Position numbers and translations under genes: made by a program. The notes below the pieces were generated by a model, which was not told the origin of the DNA, did no database searches, and saw nothing but the letters and a program-made list of their open reading frames with translations. DNA of 64,000 bases from Octopus sinensis. Lineage: Eukaryota. This document shows, piece after piece, positions 1 through 13,956 of this stretch (the first letter of the stretch is position 1; every line of letters begins with the position of its first letter). The DNA lies in NCBI RefSeq assembly GCF_006345805.1, contig NC_043007.1:72540001-72604000 (forward strand), given 5' to 3'.

Positions 1-235
1 TGAAACTCCAGGAAGCCAAATTAGAACTTTTAAGTGTTGTTGCTTCATTAATAGTTGTGTATATGACAATTGTCTGTGAATAAAGTTCCACCAAAGAAAT
101 AATAGTTCAAAAACCAGTATCATACTAATCTATTGTCAGTGAGCACAGGGTGGGGGGCAGTAAAAATGGTATTTCTATAATACTTGTCAGACAGTAATAT
201 ATTGGCATCATCTCAAAGGTGATGAGTTGGGAGAA

Positions 236-440
236 TCGTTAGTGTACCAGGTAAAATACTTAGCAGCATTTTGTCCATCTTTATGTTCCAAGTTCAAATT
301 CTGCCGAGGTTGACTTTGCCTTTCATCCTTTCAGGGTCAGTAAAATAAGTACCAGCTGAGCACTGGGGTCAGTGTAATTAACTTATCCCCCTTTCTTGAA
401 ATTGTTAGTATTTTACCAAAATTTGAAGCCAATATGTTGG
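236..440 (+). mobile_element. SINE family B copy (tRNA-like head; core gactttgcctttcatcctttcggggtcgataaattaagtaccag)
   Basis: Aligns by eye with copies at 38080 and 44975. Confidence 0.8.
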
Positions 441-1507
441 TATCACAAAAAAGAAAATGATGTAAACTAGGATAAATTATGTTCAGAGATTTTGTCAATG
501 TGACTGTTTGGTGCTTAGTCCACCAGAAAATAATGTTCATGAATGTGACCAATGTCAGATGGTTCGAAATATATAATCTGTGTCTTTTTATCAGTTCAAA
601 ATATCAGTTTACATACTAAACCTGCAGAGAGTGTAGGATGTTTAGAATGAAATGTGTTGGTAAATGACTTGCTCTTTTGTAATGTGACTGGCTGCAAATT
701 TGGTCTACAGAGAAGTTTTACAGCATGGTAAACACTTTGAAACAGATTGTGTGGTACATGTTGGAGAAAGATAGCATCATAGCAATGTATTTTATAGTAA
801 GGCTGTCAACAAAGGCAGACGGTCAAGAGATGAGAAAAGTCAGTTTACACTTTCATATATAGTAATATAATTAGCCTATACTTGGAATAGACCATTGCTA
901 TGTTAGTTCATTTCGGGTGAATAACCACTAGTCTTGTAATAAATAAGTCATTTGCTAGTTTAGTCTGGAATGTGGCAATTTCTAAAGAAATACATGATAA
1001 TGAAAATTTGTTGTTCCGACAAAATAAGGCATTAGAATTAAATTTATGTCCAAATATGTGTAGAAGTAGGAATTAATGCCTCTGGCAGCAACAACCAGGT
1101 AGACTGTATAGTTTTGCATTTGTCAGGTGGAGGATGTTATTATCCAGACAACATGGATTTGCAGTAATTAAAAAAAAAGAACAAAGTTAAAAATAACCTC
1201 TTGAGTGTGAGCTCGAGAGAAGGAAAAGATAAGTATTTTCAGAAAGTAACTTGCAGTTCTGGCAGCTGCACTGCTATGGACATGTTATACTAATGAATAA
1301 CTATGTATTGCTAGTAGGTATTAGTAAAAGGTACAGGAGACAATTGTTGGCAAATGTAGATACAAACATTAGTTAGGTTAGTAACAAATCATATGGTAAT
1401 GAATAAATCCAGTGAACAATTGGCTCTATAAAAATGTAATAATTATAAATCAGTGGAATAATAACTAGCTTTCAAATGTTGTATCTAATATACTCTACTT
1501 GTTTAAG

Positions 1508-1655
1508 CCTGGTACTTATTCTATCAGTCACTTTGCCTGAACTGGTATGATGTTAAGCAGTGGTAGAGAGTGGGGACATATACATATATGATGGGCTTCC
1601 TCACAGTTTCTGTCTACCAAATTCACTCACAAGGCATTGGCTAGCTAGGGTGCTC
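1508..1655 (-). mobile_element. SINE family A fragment
   Basis: Matches the tacttattctatc...gtctaccaaattcactcacaaggc segment of the full copy at 10534. Confidence 0.7.
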
Positions 1656-3629
1656 AAGATTTCATGCATTGGGGACCAAACCCAAAACAACATTGCAAGC
1701 TTCTTAACCAGACAGTCATGCTTAGAAATATTTTTTAGTGTTCCTTTGAAGAACAAAATGAATTCCTGGCCATAGCTATTCCATTAAGTACATGGGAAAT
1801 ACTGTCAACATTATATCATTTAAGATTTAAATCACTTATTGATTTCTTTATTACATTTTCTATTTGTTTCAGATCATTAGCTAATTAATTAAAGAAAATT
1901 TAAGTGAAGATTAAAATGAAAATTTCTTAATTGGTTTACTAATTCATATCAATAATTACTTTCTAGATAATATCAGATCAAATATTTCTTTGATTATGCA
2001 ATAATAGGAGAAAATATGTACATCAAATGTAGACTGACTATTGTTTTAATATCCATTTCTGAAGTTCCTTTATTTTTTTCTTTTGTAGTGACCATTAGAA
2101 CATAAAATTTAACATGTTTTTCTCAAAATTTAAAGCTTAAAGCAATTTATGGCCTTCCAAATATTTGTTGCTTCTTCATTTGCATGCAATGCAATTGTCT
2201 GAACTCAAGGAAAATAATAACGAGAAAAGAACCTACTGTTACAACAAAACAACCTAGATAGTTAAAAATTGAAAATACTCTGACATTTAGATGTTTAAAA
2301 TATATAGTTTTAGTGATGTATATATATCCCAAGTTCTTCACAGCACACAGACTGTGTGTGCGTGTGTGTGTACATTTTAGAATATATTTCACTGTGAGTT
2401 TCTTAATTTTTTTCGTTTTTAATTTACACACACAGCCATTGTCATTTAACATCCAATATAACACAACAATCATAACAGTTCCATCCAATGCTCTTTATGA
2501 CTCTGCCAATTTACACATACAGATACAAGATGTTTACTTTAAATCACCCCTCACTCACAGTACCAAGAACAACCATGTCCAAATAGAATCCACCTACATT
2601 CATAATGGATGTAATAAAATAAAGCCAAGCCATTTATAACATATTTTCAGAAAATTTTGAAATTAAATGGATACTCTCACGACCTTCACTTGTCCCCAAC
2701 AAGGTCCTCCATATAAAACATAAAACAACCATCACAGCAATTCCTGCTTCCTTAAATTACCAAACACGATATACATCTAGCTCACTCTTGATGCTCCTTG
2801 CATCACTGCTGGCCAAAAAAGCTACCTGAGACCAACAATACTTGTATGCTACTCAACTACCCTATTTGTAATGCAGATGTGTATCTATATGTATACATAG
2901 TTTATCAAGTGAAATGTGACAAATGCAGAAACTACTGTATTGTCAGCACAATCTAGAAGCTCCACGCCCAGATGAAAGTACAGTTGCATACATGTACTTC
3001 CATGGTTAAGAAACATTTTGACAAATACCAAATCTGCATTTTCACCACTGACGAGTATATTGGCAACTTGAGGATTAAGAAGGCCATTCAAATTAGGGAA
3101 CATAAACCAACGAATTGAAATGAACTCAGTGGCATAAGCTATTAACCACCTCATTTTACCTACCTGCTGAGCTTATTTGACGTTTTCTCATACAAACATA
3201 CATTATATCAAAATAGCAAATTACAAAAGACCTCTGTTTTGTATAATCTATTCTGATATGAACAAGTCAATCCTGATATTTAAATTGTCTTACCTATTGA
3301 TTACTCTTACCTAAGAGTCAAGCTATTGATCATTGGCTATTCCAGCTATCCCCTTGCACAGCCATACTAAGTTATTAAACAACCTGTATATGATAATACA
3401 ATACTTTTGTTTACATTCATTGACCTTGTGTTATGTGTTTTGATCAACTCTTCACTTGCATTGCTCAAAGGTTTTACAAATATTTCATTTTTACATAAAT
3501 GCATTTGTAATTACATTTTGATTAATTGCTATTATGCAAATTGAATGGGATTTCACATTAATTTTGATAATAATAAATATCTTCATCTGGAAATTATTAA
3601 AAAAAATTTTGTTTGTTTTCTTTGTTTAG

Positions 3630-3687
3630 GCTCGAAACCTGAGCTCAGGAGATCTTGCTGCAATAAAAGTTATAAAACTTGAGCCTG
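3630..3687 (+). CDS. MAP4K3: kinase exon 2: [19 protein letters not shown](G), catalytic Lys
   Basis: tttgtttag|GCT...CCTG|gtaagt, 58 nt, phase 0 to 1. Confidence 0.97.
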
Positions 3688-6600
3688 GTAAGTTTTCTTT
3701 TCCTGTCTATATATAAATATTTAATCCACCAGGTGTCTGAGTGTTAAAGGTCTTTTCTTGGGGAGATGAAAAGGATAAAGCATCCACTAACTTTGAGGAA
3801 TTAATATTTTCTGGATTGTTTTTAAGAAAGAAAAAAAGAAAACAAATAATAATTATATTTTCACTTAATTTGTTATTGAAAGCATTTAATTTGTTTATAA
3901 TTAGTATTGTATTAGCAGAGCTACCCAGCAATGCTTGAGTATTGTATTAAAGTAATACATGTCTGGTTTTGATTTGAGGTATTTGACTGCTATTTATTAA
4001 CATGTTTGTCTACCACATAAAGGTTTCACTCGTTGGCTCATACAAGCATATAAATAGGTCTGTTACATACACACACTCTTATATGCACACATTAGAGCTA
4101 ACAAGCTATCTTAAAGATAGTGTATTTAGCTTTGACATTGGTTTTCATATATAGCGATCTTACTTTTTAAAATAGTAGGATGTGTGATTTGAGGGAAAGT
4201 TTGGTTGTAATTTCTAGCTTCAATAAGCCTACAACGAAGCCTTCCATCCATTTTTGCATATATTGAGAAATACATTCTTTATTTTCAAAGCAGTAGAATG
4301 TGATGTAGATGAGCTGTGGTTGCTATTTTTAACCATCTGATCTACCACATAGAGGTTCCATTAGTTGTTTTTGTTGTTGTTGTTGTTGTTTAGCCTTGGG
4401 CTGAGTCTGGTTGAGCAAGCCTTTGATAAAAAGTTTTCAGGAAGTGACCATTCTGTTTTAGTATATCAAGGACTACTTTGCTTAATGTGTCCTTGTTTTA
4501 ATACTGTAGGATATGTGGCTTAACTCTCTGGTATTCAGATTGTTCTGTCCAATGAAATATTTGTTTATTTATATTGTTTTGAATTATTCATGCATTATCT
4601 TGTAGTTTAGAGATTTCGATGATGTGATTGTTTAGTTTTAGAATGGCATTGTAGGGTTGAGGTGAGAAGCTGGGTCTGGCCAGTTGCAACCAGGGCTGTG
4701 AAGTCGAAACAGAAAACTGTGACTCCAACTCCTCTACTATTGGTACCTCTGATTCTTCTATGTAATTAAGTGATTGTGGTCTATTTTTCTGTCTCCGACT
4801 CCAGTTACCTCTTAATTGTTTCTGACTCCAACTTCACAGCCCTGGTTGCAACATAAAACGGGTTAAATATTTTGGCTTGATATAGGCGGTTTAAATGTTA
4901 AAGGGTTAAGGAATATTTGGCTGCTTTATCTGGTAGTTTGGATGACTACTCTGAGACTCTGTCATTAATTACCGTAGAGACGATCCATTATTTGTTTAGA
5001 CCCAAGTTTAGTCTGATACAGCAAATCTATGATAAAAGGCTTTCTAGCCATGGCCATACTGTTGTTCTGGATATCAGAACTACATATTTTTTTTATGTCC
5101 TACCTTTTATAAAGACTATAGTCAGAGTGATATGAAAATGATTGATTTCAGTTTTTGTAATTGATGATTGATCTTCCTTTTTCAAGACATCACCTTTTTG
5201 TATATCAGGGATTGTACATCCTAAGGTATTTTCAGACCAGACCCATAATAAAAGGCATTCAAACTCTCACTATCTTGTCTTTTTCTGCATCAAGACTATG
5301 TTATTCAATCATCATCATCGTCGTCCGTTTTCCATGCTAGCATGGGTTGGACAGTTCAACCGGGGCCTGGGAAACCAGGTTCCAGTCTGATCTGGCAGTG
5401 TTTCTACAGTTGGATGCCCTTCCTAACGCCAACCACTCCATGAGTGTAGTGGGTGCTTTTTACATACCACCAGCACAGGGGCCAGAGGAGGCTGGCAACA
5501 GCCATGATTGGTTGGTGCTTTATACGTGCCACCGGCACGGAAGCCAGTCAAGGTGGTGCTGGCATCAGTCACGTTTGGATGGTGCTTTTTATGTGCTACC
5601 GGCACAGGTATCACAACTACAATTTCCATTTGATTTTTATTTTGATGTTAATGTACTTGATTTGATAGGTTTCCTCAAGCACAGCAGGTCACCCTACAAT
5701 CCAAGGTACTTTTGAATGGGTTGGGGCTGGTTATGTGAAACTGGTGTAGGATACAGCCGTGAACTCACTTTATTTGCCAGGTCTTCGCAGTCACAGCATA
5801 TCTTTAGAGGTCTTGGTCTTTTGTCATTGCCTCTATGAGGCCCAGCATTCAAAAGTCATGCTTGACCACCTCATCCCATGTCTTCCTGGGACTACTTCTA
5901 CCCCGTATTCCTTCAACTGTTTGGGAGTGACACCTCTTCACACATCTCTCTTCATCCATCCATAGTACATGACCATACCAGCGCAAATGTCTCTCTTGCA
6001 TGCCACATCCGCTGCTTCTTATGTCCAACATTTCTCTCGGGTTGCTTACACTCTGTCGTGTGAGCACACTGACATTACACATCCAGCAGATCATGCTAGC
6101 TTTATTTCTTTCAAGCCTATGCATGTCCTCCACAGTCACGGCCCATGTTTCACTGCCGTGAAGCATGGCAGTTCGCACACACGCATTGTACAATCTACCT
6201 TTCACTCTGAGTGAGAGGCCCTTTGTCACCAGTAGGGGTAGAAGCTTTCTAAACTTTTCCCAGGATATTCTTATTCTCATGGTAACACTCTCTGAGCATC
6301 CACCCCACTACTAACTTGGTTACCTACTTAGCGGAAGCTATCAACTACTTCTAGTTTCTCCCCCTGAAGTGTGATGGAATCTGTTTTCTGAGCATCTGTG
6401 TTTATTGCCCCTGTGCATCTGCTGCACACAAAAGCTATCTTCTTGGTTAATCTTCCTTTGATGTTGCTGCACCTCTTATGTATCCATAGCTTACACTGGG
6501 TACATCTTATGGAGTTTCTACCTACACCTTTTCTACAGATCGAGCAGGGCCACCTACCTGAGGGTGTGTGGGATGAGTTCGCCTTCCTACTTACTAGAAC

Positions 6601-9600
6601 TTTGGTCTTTGCTACATTGACTCTAAGACCTTTTGATTCTAAACCTTGCTTCCACACCCAAAATTTCTTTTCTAGTTCTGGTCGTGATTCTGTTATGAGG
6701 GCCAGTTCATCAGCATAGAGGAGCTCCCAGGGGCAACCCATCTTGAATTCCTCTGTTATTGCCTGGAGGAATATGATGAATAAAATGGGACTGAGGGCTG
6801 AACCTTGGTGGACCCTTACTTCTACCCTGAATTCTTCACTATACTCATTGCCAATCCTAACCTTACTAACAACCTCTCTGTATAGGGTCTGTACAGCCCT
6901 TATTAACCATTTGTCAATCTCCAGTTTCTACATCACCCACCAGATAAGGGATTGGGGGACCCTGTCAAAGGCTTTCTTCAAGTCCACAAAAGCTAAGTAT
7001 AGGGTTTTTATCCTTAGCTAGGTATTTCTCCTGCAGTTGTCGAACCAGGAATATGGCACCAGTGGTGCTTCTACCTGACAAAAAACTGAACTGCATCTCA
7101 TCTAAGCAGACTCTTTCCCTAATGAGATAGGCTATGACCCTCTCAGTGACCTTCATCACCTGATCCAGCAGTTTGATACCCCTGTAGTTATTTCTATCTA
7201 GAGCATCACCTTTACTCTTGTAACAGTTGACTATGGTGCTGCTACTCCAGTCATTGGGTATGACTCCATTATGAACTACCTGGTTTACAATGCGGGTGAC
7301 TAGGCCATAGCCCACACCACCAGATGTTTTAAGCATCTCAGCAATGATTCTTGATGGGCTGGGGGCTTTTCCTGGCTTCATGCCCTTAATTGCTTTATCT
7401 ACCAGGGAACTGTCTATTCGGAAAGACTTTTCTTTGTGATTTAAGTGAGATTTGGCTGCAAATTTTGACACAAGGCCAGCAATTTCTGGTGTGGGGTAAG
7501 TCGATTACATCAGCCCCAGTGCTCAACTGGTACTTATTTTATCAACCCCAAAAGGATGAAAAGCAAAGCTGACTTTGGCAGAATTTGAACTCAGAATGTA
7601 AGTATAGATGAAATGCCACTAAAAGCATTTTGCCTGGTATGCTAACGATTCAGCCAGCCTACTGCCTTATAGATGATATTAATATTCAGTTGTAGATGAG
7701 TGTCATCATCATGTATGTGTTGTCCTTCATTTCCAATCTTCCACAAATTCCTTGGAAACTTGAAAACATGGACATTGAAACAATGATGATGACAACCATG
7801 ATCTAATTTGTTATTCTTACATCTTTTAGTATGTCTAGCTTACTGCTTACACCAATTGGCATACCTCTGCACATCAACAAAGGTTATAGTCACAAGTTCA
7901 TATTTGACTTTTAAATGATATAATACATTACTCCCACATATTGTCTCAAGATTTGGCATTTTAAAGTCAATCATCTCCAAATATCTACTGCGACAATTCA
8001 AAGAGTTGACTTAGTAAATAACATCAAATTAAAGCTTAGTAGGCATCACACATTTCAAACAATTAATAAACAAGAAGCTTCTTCCATTAATTTTGTTAAT
8101 GTTTTGGAAACTGATTATTTATTAAAATTTTAAATCATCTTTACTCTATTTGTCGTCGTCATCATCATTGTCATTTAATGTCTGTTTTCCATGCTGGCAT
8201 GAGTTGGACAGTTTGACAGGAGCTGACAAGCCATAGGACTGCACCAGGCTCCATTTGTCTGTTTTGGCATGGTTTCTTTGGCTGGATGCCTTCCTAATAC
8301 CAGCTGCTTTAGAGAGTGTACTAGGTACTCTTTATGTTGCCCCAGCACAGGAGTTTTTTATCAGCTTTGGTGCTTATTGCATGATGCCATCACAAGTTTT
8401 ATGTAGCGCCAGTTCTTTGTCAATAAATTAATTTCTTTTAAATTCTAATTAAAATAATGAATTTTACCAAAAGTTGTATGACAGCAAATTTATCTTTAAT
8501 ATTAATATATCTATGCTTTAAACGAGATTTTCCCAACTTATGTAATACTTAAAGCCTATCACATAAAATCTCATTTTAATTATTCCATAAAAGACAAAAA
8601 TAACCAAACACCTCTCAAATATGATATTTATTCACACTGTTTTGAATTAACCATGCATTATCTCATTGCTTTGAGATTTTGATGATGTGATTGCATATTT
8701 TTGGAATGACATACTTGGATAAGTATGAGAGTCCAGATCTGATTGGTTCAAACATGAGACAAGTAGAATATCTACGCTGGATACAGCTGGTTTAAATGCC
8801 AAAGGGTTAATATAAATTTAATTAGCAGATAATTTAACAAAAGTGCAAACTTTATGCAAATTATTATTTGCTTAGTTTGATCAGTTCCAAACCTGCACTT
8901 TTGCTCTTTGTGTATCATCACATCATTATTTAACATCCCTTTTTCCAAGCTGGCATGGACTGAATAGTTTGATTAGATCAGATGAGCCACAGGGCTTTGC
9001 CAGATTTTGTCTACTTCAGCATAGTTTCCACAGCTGGATGTCATTCTTAACACCAACCACTTAACAGAGTGTACTGATTGCTCTTTATGTGCACTGGTGC
9101 TAGCGACAGCATTCATCTATTTTATTGTTTTTACACAGACACACACGTGCATGCATATCATAATTAATTCCACTTCCCATGCTGTCGTAGGTTGGACAAG
9201 TCATCACAGTATGTGTCAGCTCCCATTTAGTGTTACTGTTCTTGACAGGTTGAGAGATCATCTGTATGTTCTGTTACAGCATGGTTTCTACAGTTGGATG
9301 TCCTCCCTATCACCAACCACATTACAGAGTGTACTGGATGCCTTTTAGTGTGGCACTAGTGCTAGTGAGGTTGTCTTATACCTTATAAAAAAAACCTCTT
9401 TATGTTCTTGATTGTTTAGGACAATAAAACCAACTGAAGAATAGAAAAGAGGGCAATTTTAGATGTTGAATTAAGGTTTTTACCTTAATTCAACATCTAA
9501 AAGGAGTTACAGTATGAGGAAGAAACTTTTTCTCTAAATTTTGTTCAGTTCAATTATTAGAACTAGGCCGTCATTATACATGAGTTCCCATGGGTGGCTA

Positions 9601-10773
9601 GTGCTTAAGTCTTCTATTATGGCTTGGAGGACTATAATAAACAGAAGACTGCACTAAACTATGGTGTACCCTACCTGCATGATAAATTTGTTGGTGAATC
9701 TAATTGTTCACTCTGTACATGGCTTGCGTAGCCCTCACAAACCATTCTTCTACCCCTAGCTTCCTTAGTGACTGCCAGATCAATAGCAAGGGATCTTGTC
9801 AAAGACCATTTCCAGTTTGTGCTTGGTACGTTAGTTTATCTTTAGCTAAGTTCTCTCTCTTATACACACACATATGTATACACACTGCATAAGTTTATGT
9901 ACGAATGTGTTTTTGAATGTATAATGCTATGAATAGAGAGTTCTTAAGAATTGACAAATACACTTTTCAATTCATTGAAAAATATCTTTCTGAAGCTCTG
10001 TCTGGCACCTGTGCGGGTGGCACGTAAAAAGCACTCACTACACTCACAGAGTGGTTGGCGTTAGGAAGGGCATCCAGCCGTAGAAACACTGCCAGATCTG
10101 ACTGGGCCTGACGAAGCCTTCCAGCTTCACAGACCCCAGTTGAACTGCCCAACCTATGCTAGCATGGAAAGCGGATGCTAAATGATGATGATGAATGTCT
10201 TGTGTTACATGATTTATTGAAATATTTTTTTAACTGTGTGAATAAATTTGAAATTAATGCTCTTCATTCTCCTTCTTGAATTCTAAATTTCTTTTCTTGT
10301 AGGAGATGATTTTGCTGTTATTCAGCAAGAGATAGTGATGATGAAAGACTGTAAGCATGCTAACATAGTAGCCTACTTTGGTAGTTATCTCAGGTGAGTA
10401 ACTTTTCTTTCTGTCAATTAGATTTTTACTGTTTCTTGCACCTGTGTGACATCATGGTAAAAGGAGCTGCTGCATAAAACTGAAACCAAAATCAGAAATT
10501 AAGCAAACATACCTACATACACACCTTTATATGTACTCTTTTACTCGTTTCAGTCATTTGACAGTGGCCATGCTGGAGCACCACCTTTAGTCGAGCAATT
10601 CGACCACAGGACTTATTCTTTGTAAGCCTAGTACTTATTCTATCGGTCTCTTTTGCCGAACTGCTAAGTTACAGGGACATAAATACACCAGCATCGGTTG
10701 TCAAGCGATGTTGGGGGGACAAACACAGACACACAAACATATATACACACATACATACATTCATATATATATA

Positions 10774-10819
<46 letters not shown>

Positions 10820-12063
10820 TATACATACATGTATACGACACGCTTCTTCCAGTTTCCGTCTACCAAATCCACTCACAAGGCTTTGGTCGGCCAGAGGCTA
10901 TAGTAGACGACACTTGCTCAAGGTGCCACGCAGTAGGACTGAACCTAGAACCATGTGGTTGGTAAGCAAGCTACTTACCACACAGCCATTCCTACGCCTA
11001 CTCATTAAAAAAAAAGAATGAAAAGACCAAAGCATATTTTTCAAAGACACTCAGACATAAAACCACATCTTAAATATTCTTCCCCTTACACACATTGTCA
11101 TTGTTTACAAATACTGTCCCTCAGCAGTGGAAATATTTTGAAAAAAGACATGCAGGCATGGCTGTGTGGTAAGCTTGCTTCCCAACCACATGGTTCCTGG
11201 TTCAGTTCCACTGCGTGGCACCTTGGGCAAGTGTCTTCTACTATAGCCTCAGGTTGACCAAACCCTTGTGAGTGTATTTGTTAGATGGAAACTGAAAGAA
11301 GCCCATTTGTGTTTGAGTTTGTCTACCATCACTGGTTGACAGCTAATGTTGGTTTGTTATGTCAATGTAACTTAGCAATTCAGCAAAAAGAGACTGATAG
11401 AATAAGTACAAGGCTTTAAAAAAATAAGTCTTGTGATTGATTTGTTAGGCTAAAAATTCTTCAAGGTGGTGTCCCAGCATGGCTGCAATCTAATGACTGA
11501 AACAGGTAAGAGAAAGAATAGGAGAATCTGAGAACACAGCTGCAGGAATAACCAGAATTTCATGTCTTTTCCTTGCTTTATTATCTTTTCTTTCTGCAGA
11601 CCCTAATAAGAGCGAAAGAAAAAAACTATATAACTATGGAAGTTGTATTTCATTGTCACAAATGTATGTGATAGCCCAACAGCTACGATGAGAAATGTGC
11701 CCTCTATTTGTTTTCCGAATAAGACTGAGTCATGGCTTCTTTAACTTGTAGCAGCAGGGCAAGGACATCAATCACTGGGTTTATACTAAGGATGCGCTTG
11801 GGTGACCACAATCTTCTTGTCTTACTTTGCTGTGAGTTATGCATTTTACAACAATAGTGCAAGATAGTGCCTCTCAGCTCATTGAAACTTGATTGCTGAT
11901 GGTTAGGTTTCTTACCATGCAGCTGGTAAGTTTTCATTGTCACTGGGTAACAAGCTCTTAAAGAGTTTCATCAAGAGTTTAAAACTCACAAGCTACCTTT
12001 AACCTGATTTAGTTGGCTTGCTGTTATATTATCTTAATGCCTTGTTTTTATCATGTGCACTCT

Positions 12064-12106
<43 letters not shown>

Positions 12107-13689
12107 TATGTGCTGAGGTTTATGTTTTTAAACATTTAAAGTATTTGACACCAAAGTTCACTCTGATGTATGTAATTTCAGTATATGTTCACTGACGACC
12201 TACATTGATACCTTTGGATGTCAGCAAACGTGTGTTTGTTTCTAAATATAACATTATAAACTTACAAATATATCATCATCATCATTGTTTAACATCAGCT
12301 TTCCATGCTAGCATGGGTTGGATGGTTTGACTGGGGACTGGTGAGCCAGATGGCTGCACCAGGCTCCAATTTGATCTGGCAGAGTTTCTACAGCTGGATG
12401 CTCTTCCTAACACCAACTACTCCGAGAGTGTAGTGGGTGCTTTTACATGTCACTGGCACGAGGGCCAGTCAGGCAGTACTGGCAACGGCCATGCCCAAAT
12501 GGTGTCTTTACGTGTCACCTGCACAGGAGCCTGTCCAGTGGCACTGGCAATGCTCTCGCTCAAATGTTGTTTCTCACGTACTACCGACACAACTTCCAGT
12601 AGGGTGACGCTGGCAATGATCATGCTCAAATGGTGCTTTTTATGTGCCACCGGCACGGGGGCCAGTCAGCAGCCCTAGCAACGATCGTGCTCAGATGGTG
12701 CTCTTAGCACTCCACTAGCATGGATGCCAGTCATGCGGTGCTGTCATCGAATTTGATTTCGATTTCACTTGCCTCAATAGGTCTTCGCAAGCAGATTTTA
12801 GTGTCAAGTGAAAGAAAGGTATGCTTAAGAGGGCTGGTTACACGACTGGCATAGGCCATAGGTTATGGTCTCACTTGGCTTGCTGGGTCTTCTCAAGCAC
12901 AGCATATTTCTAAAGATCTCGGTCACTAGTCATTGCCTCGGTGAGGCCTAATGCTCAAAGGTCGTGCTTCACCACCTCATCCCAGGTCTTCCTGGGTCTA
13001 CCTCTTCCACAGTTTCCCTCAACCGCTAGGATTATATATAATGGGTCATCCCATAAATAATGCAGTTTTTTAATACTTCTTTTATTTTTCAAAAATAAGA
13101 AACGAAATTCTTTTTTAAAATAAAATATACTCTCCTTCATTTTCTACAATGCTCTTCCATCTTTCTGGTAGACTTGCAAGGCTCCTCTTCCCAAATACAC
13201 TTGTCTGCAATGAAAAATGCTCCTCCAAAACTTGTGACCTCATCTATAGAATTTATATTTTTTCCATCCAAATGATTTTCGAAGACTGCAGAATAATTGA
13301 TACTCAGACGGGGCAATATCTGACAAATGAGGATGGGGCATCGTATCCCATTCAAACTGATCCAGCCTTTGGAATGTTATCCTTGCTGTATGTGACCAAG
13401 CATTATCCTGATGGAAGAACACCTTTCATCTTGAAACTAAAGATGGTCATTTTTCTACTAGCTATCAACTACTAGTTTTTCCACCTGGCATGTGATAGAA
13501 GCTGTTTTCTGCAATTTTCAGTGTTTATTGCCCCTGAGCATTTGCCACATGCAAAAACTATCTTCCTAGTTAGCCTTCTTTTGATATTGCTGCACCTCAT
13601 ATGTGTCCATAGCAGTGACCTATACACACACACACACACGTATATATATAAAAATATATTCATATATATATATATATATAAATATATTC

Positions 13690-13720
<31 letters not shown>

Positions 13721-13925
13721 ATCATAAAAAACACAGAAAAAACACATTAAAAAAAACAACAACGTGAGGATGTTGTTGGTACATGCAAACTATTAACTGA
13801 TACTCAGGGAAGGAAAAAATGGTAGTTTTATGTTTTGAGCAAAGCCTTCCTTCAGAAACAGGAGACAGGAAAGTCCAAGAGAAAAGGAAGACGAAGGGAA
13901 AAAATCACCAACACACACACATATC

Positions 13926-13956
<31 letters not shown>

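Noticed and set aside
2147-3154. ORFs of 89-113 aa near the start of the window, and similar low-complexity ORFs such as 48562..48960 and 54943..55358
   Set aside because: No recognisable domains; they arise from microsatellite or AT-rich intronic sequence, often with non-ATG starts
1-3629. First coding exon (GxGxxG loop) of the kinase
   Set aside because: No frame encodes IGSGTYGDVYK-like sequence, so it must lie upstream of the window
11907-11931. 3-nt microexon candidate catgcAG|CTG|GTAAGT
   Set aside because: The pyrimidine tract is very short, it lies in a decayed LINE-like remnant and a chance CTTACCA/TGGTAAG palindrome, and it would insert a Trp into the kinase beta-sheet
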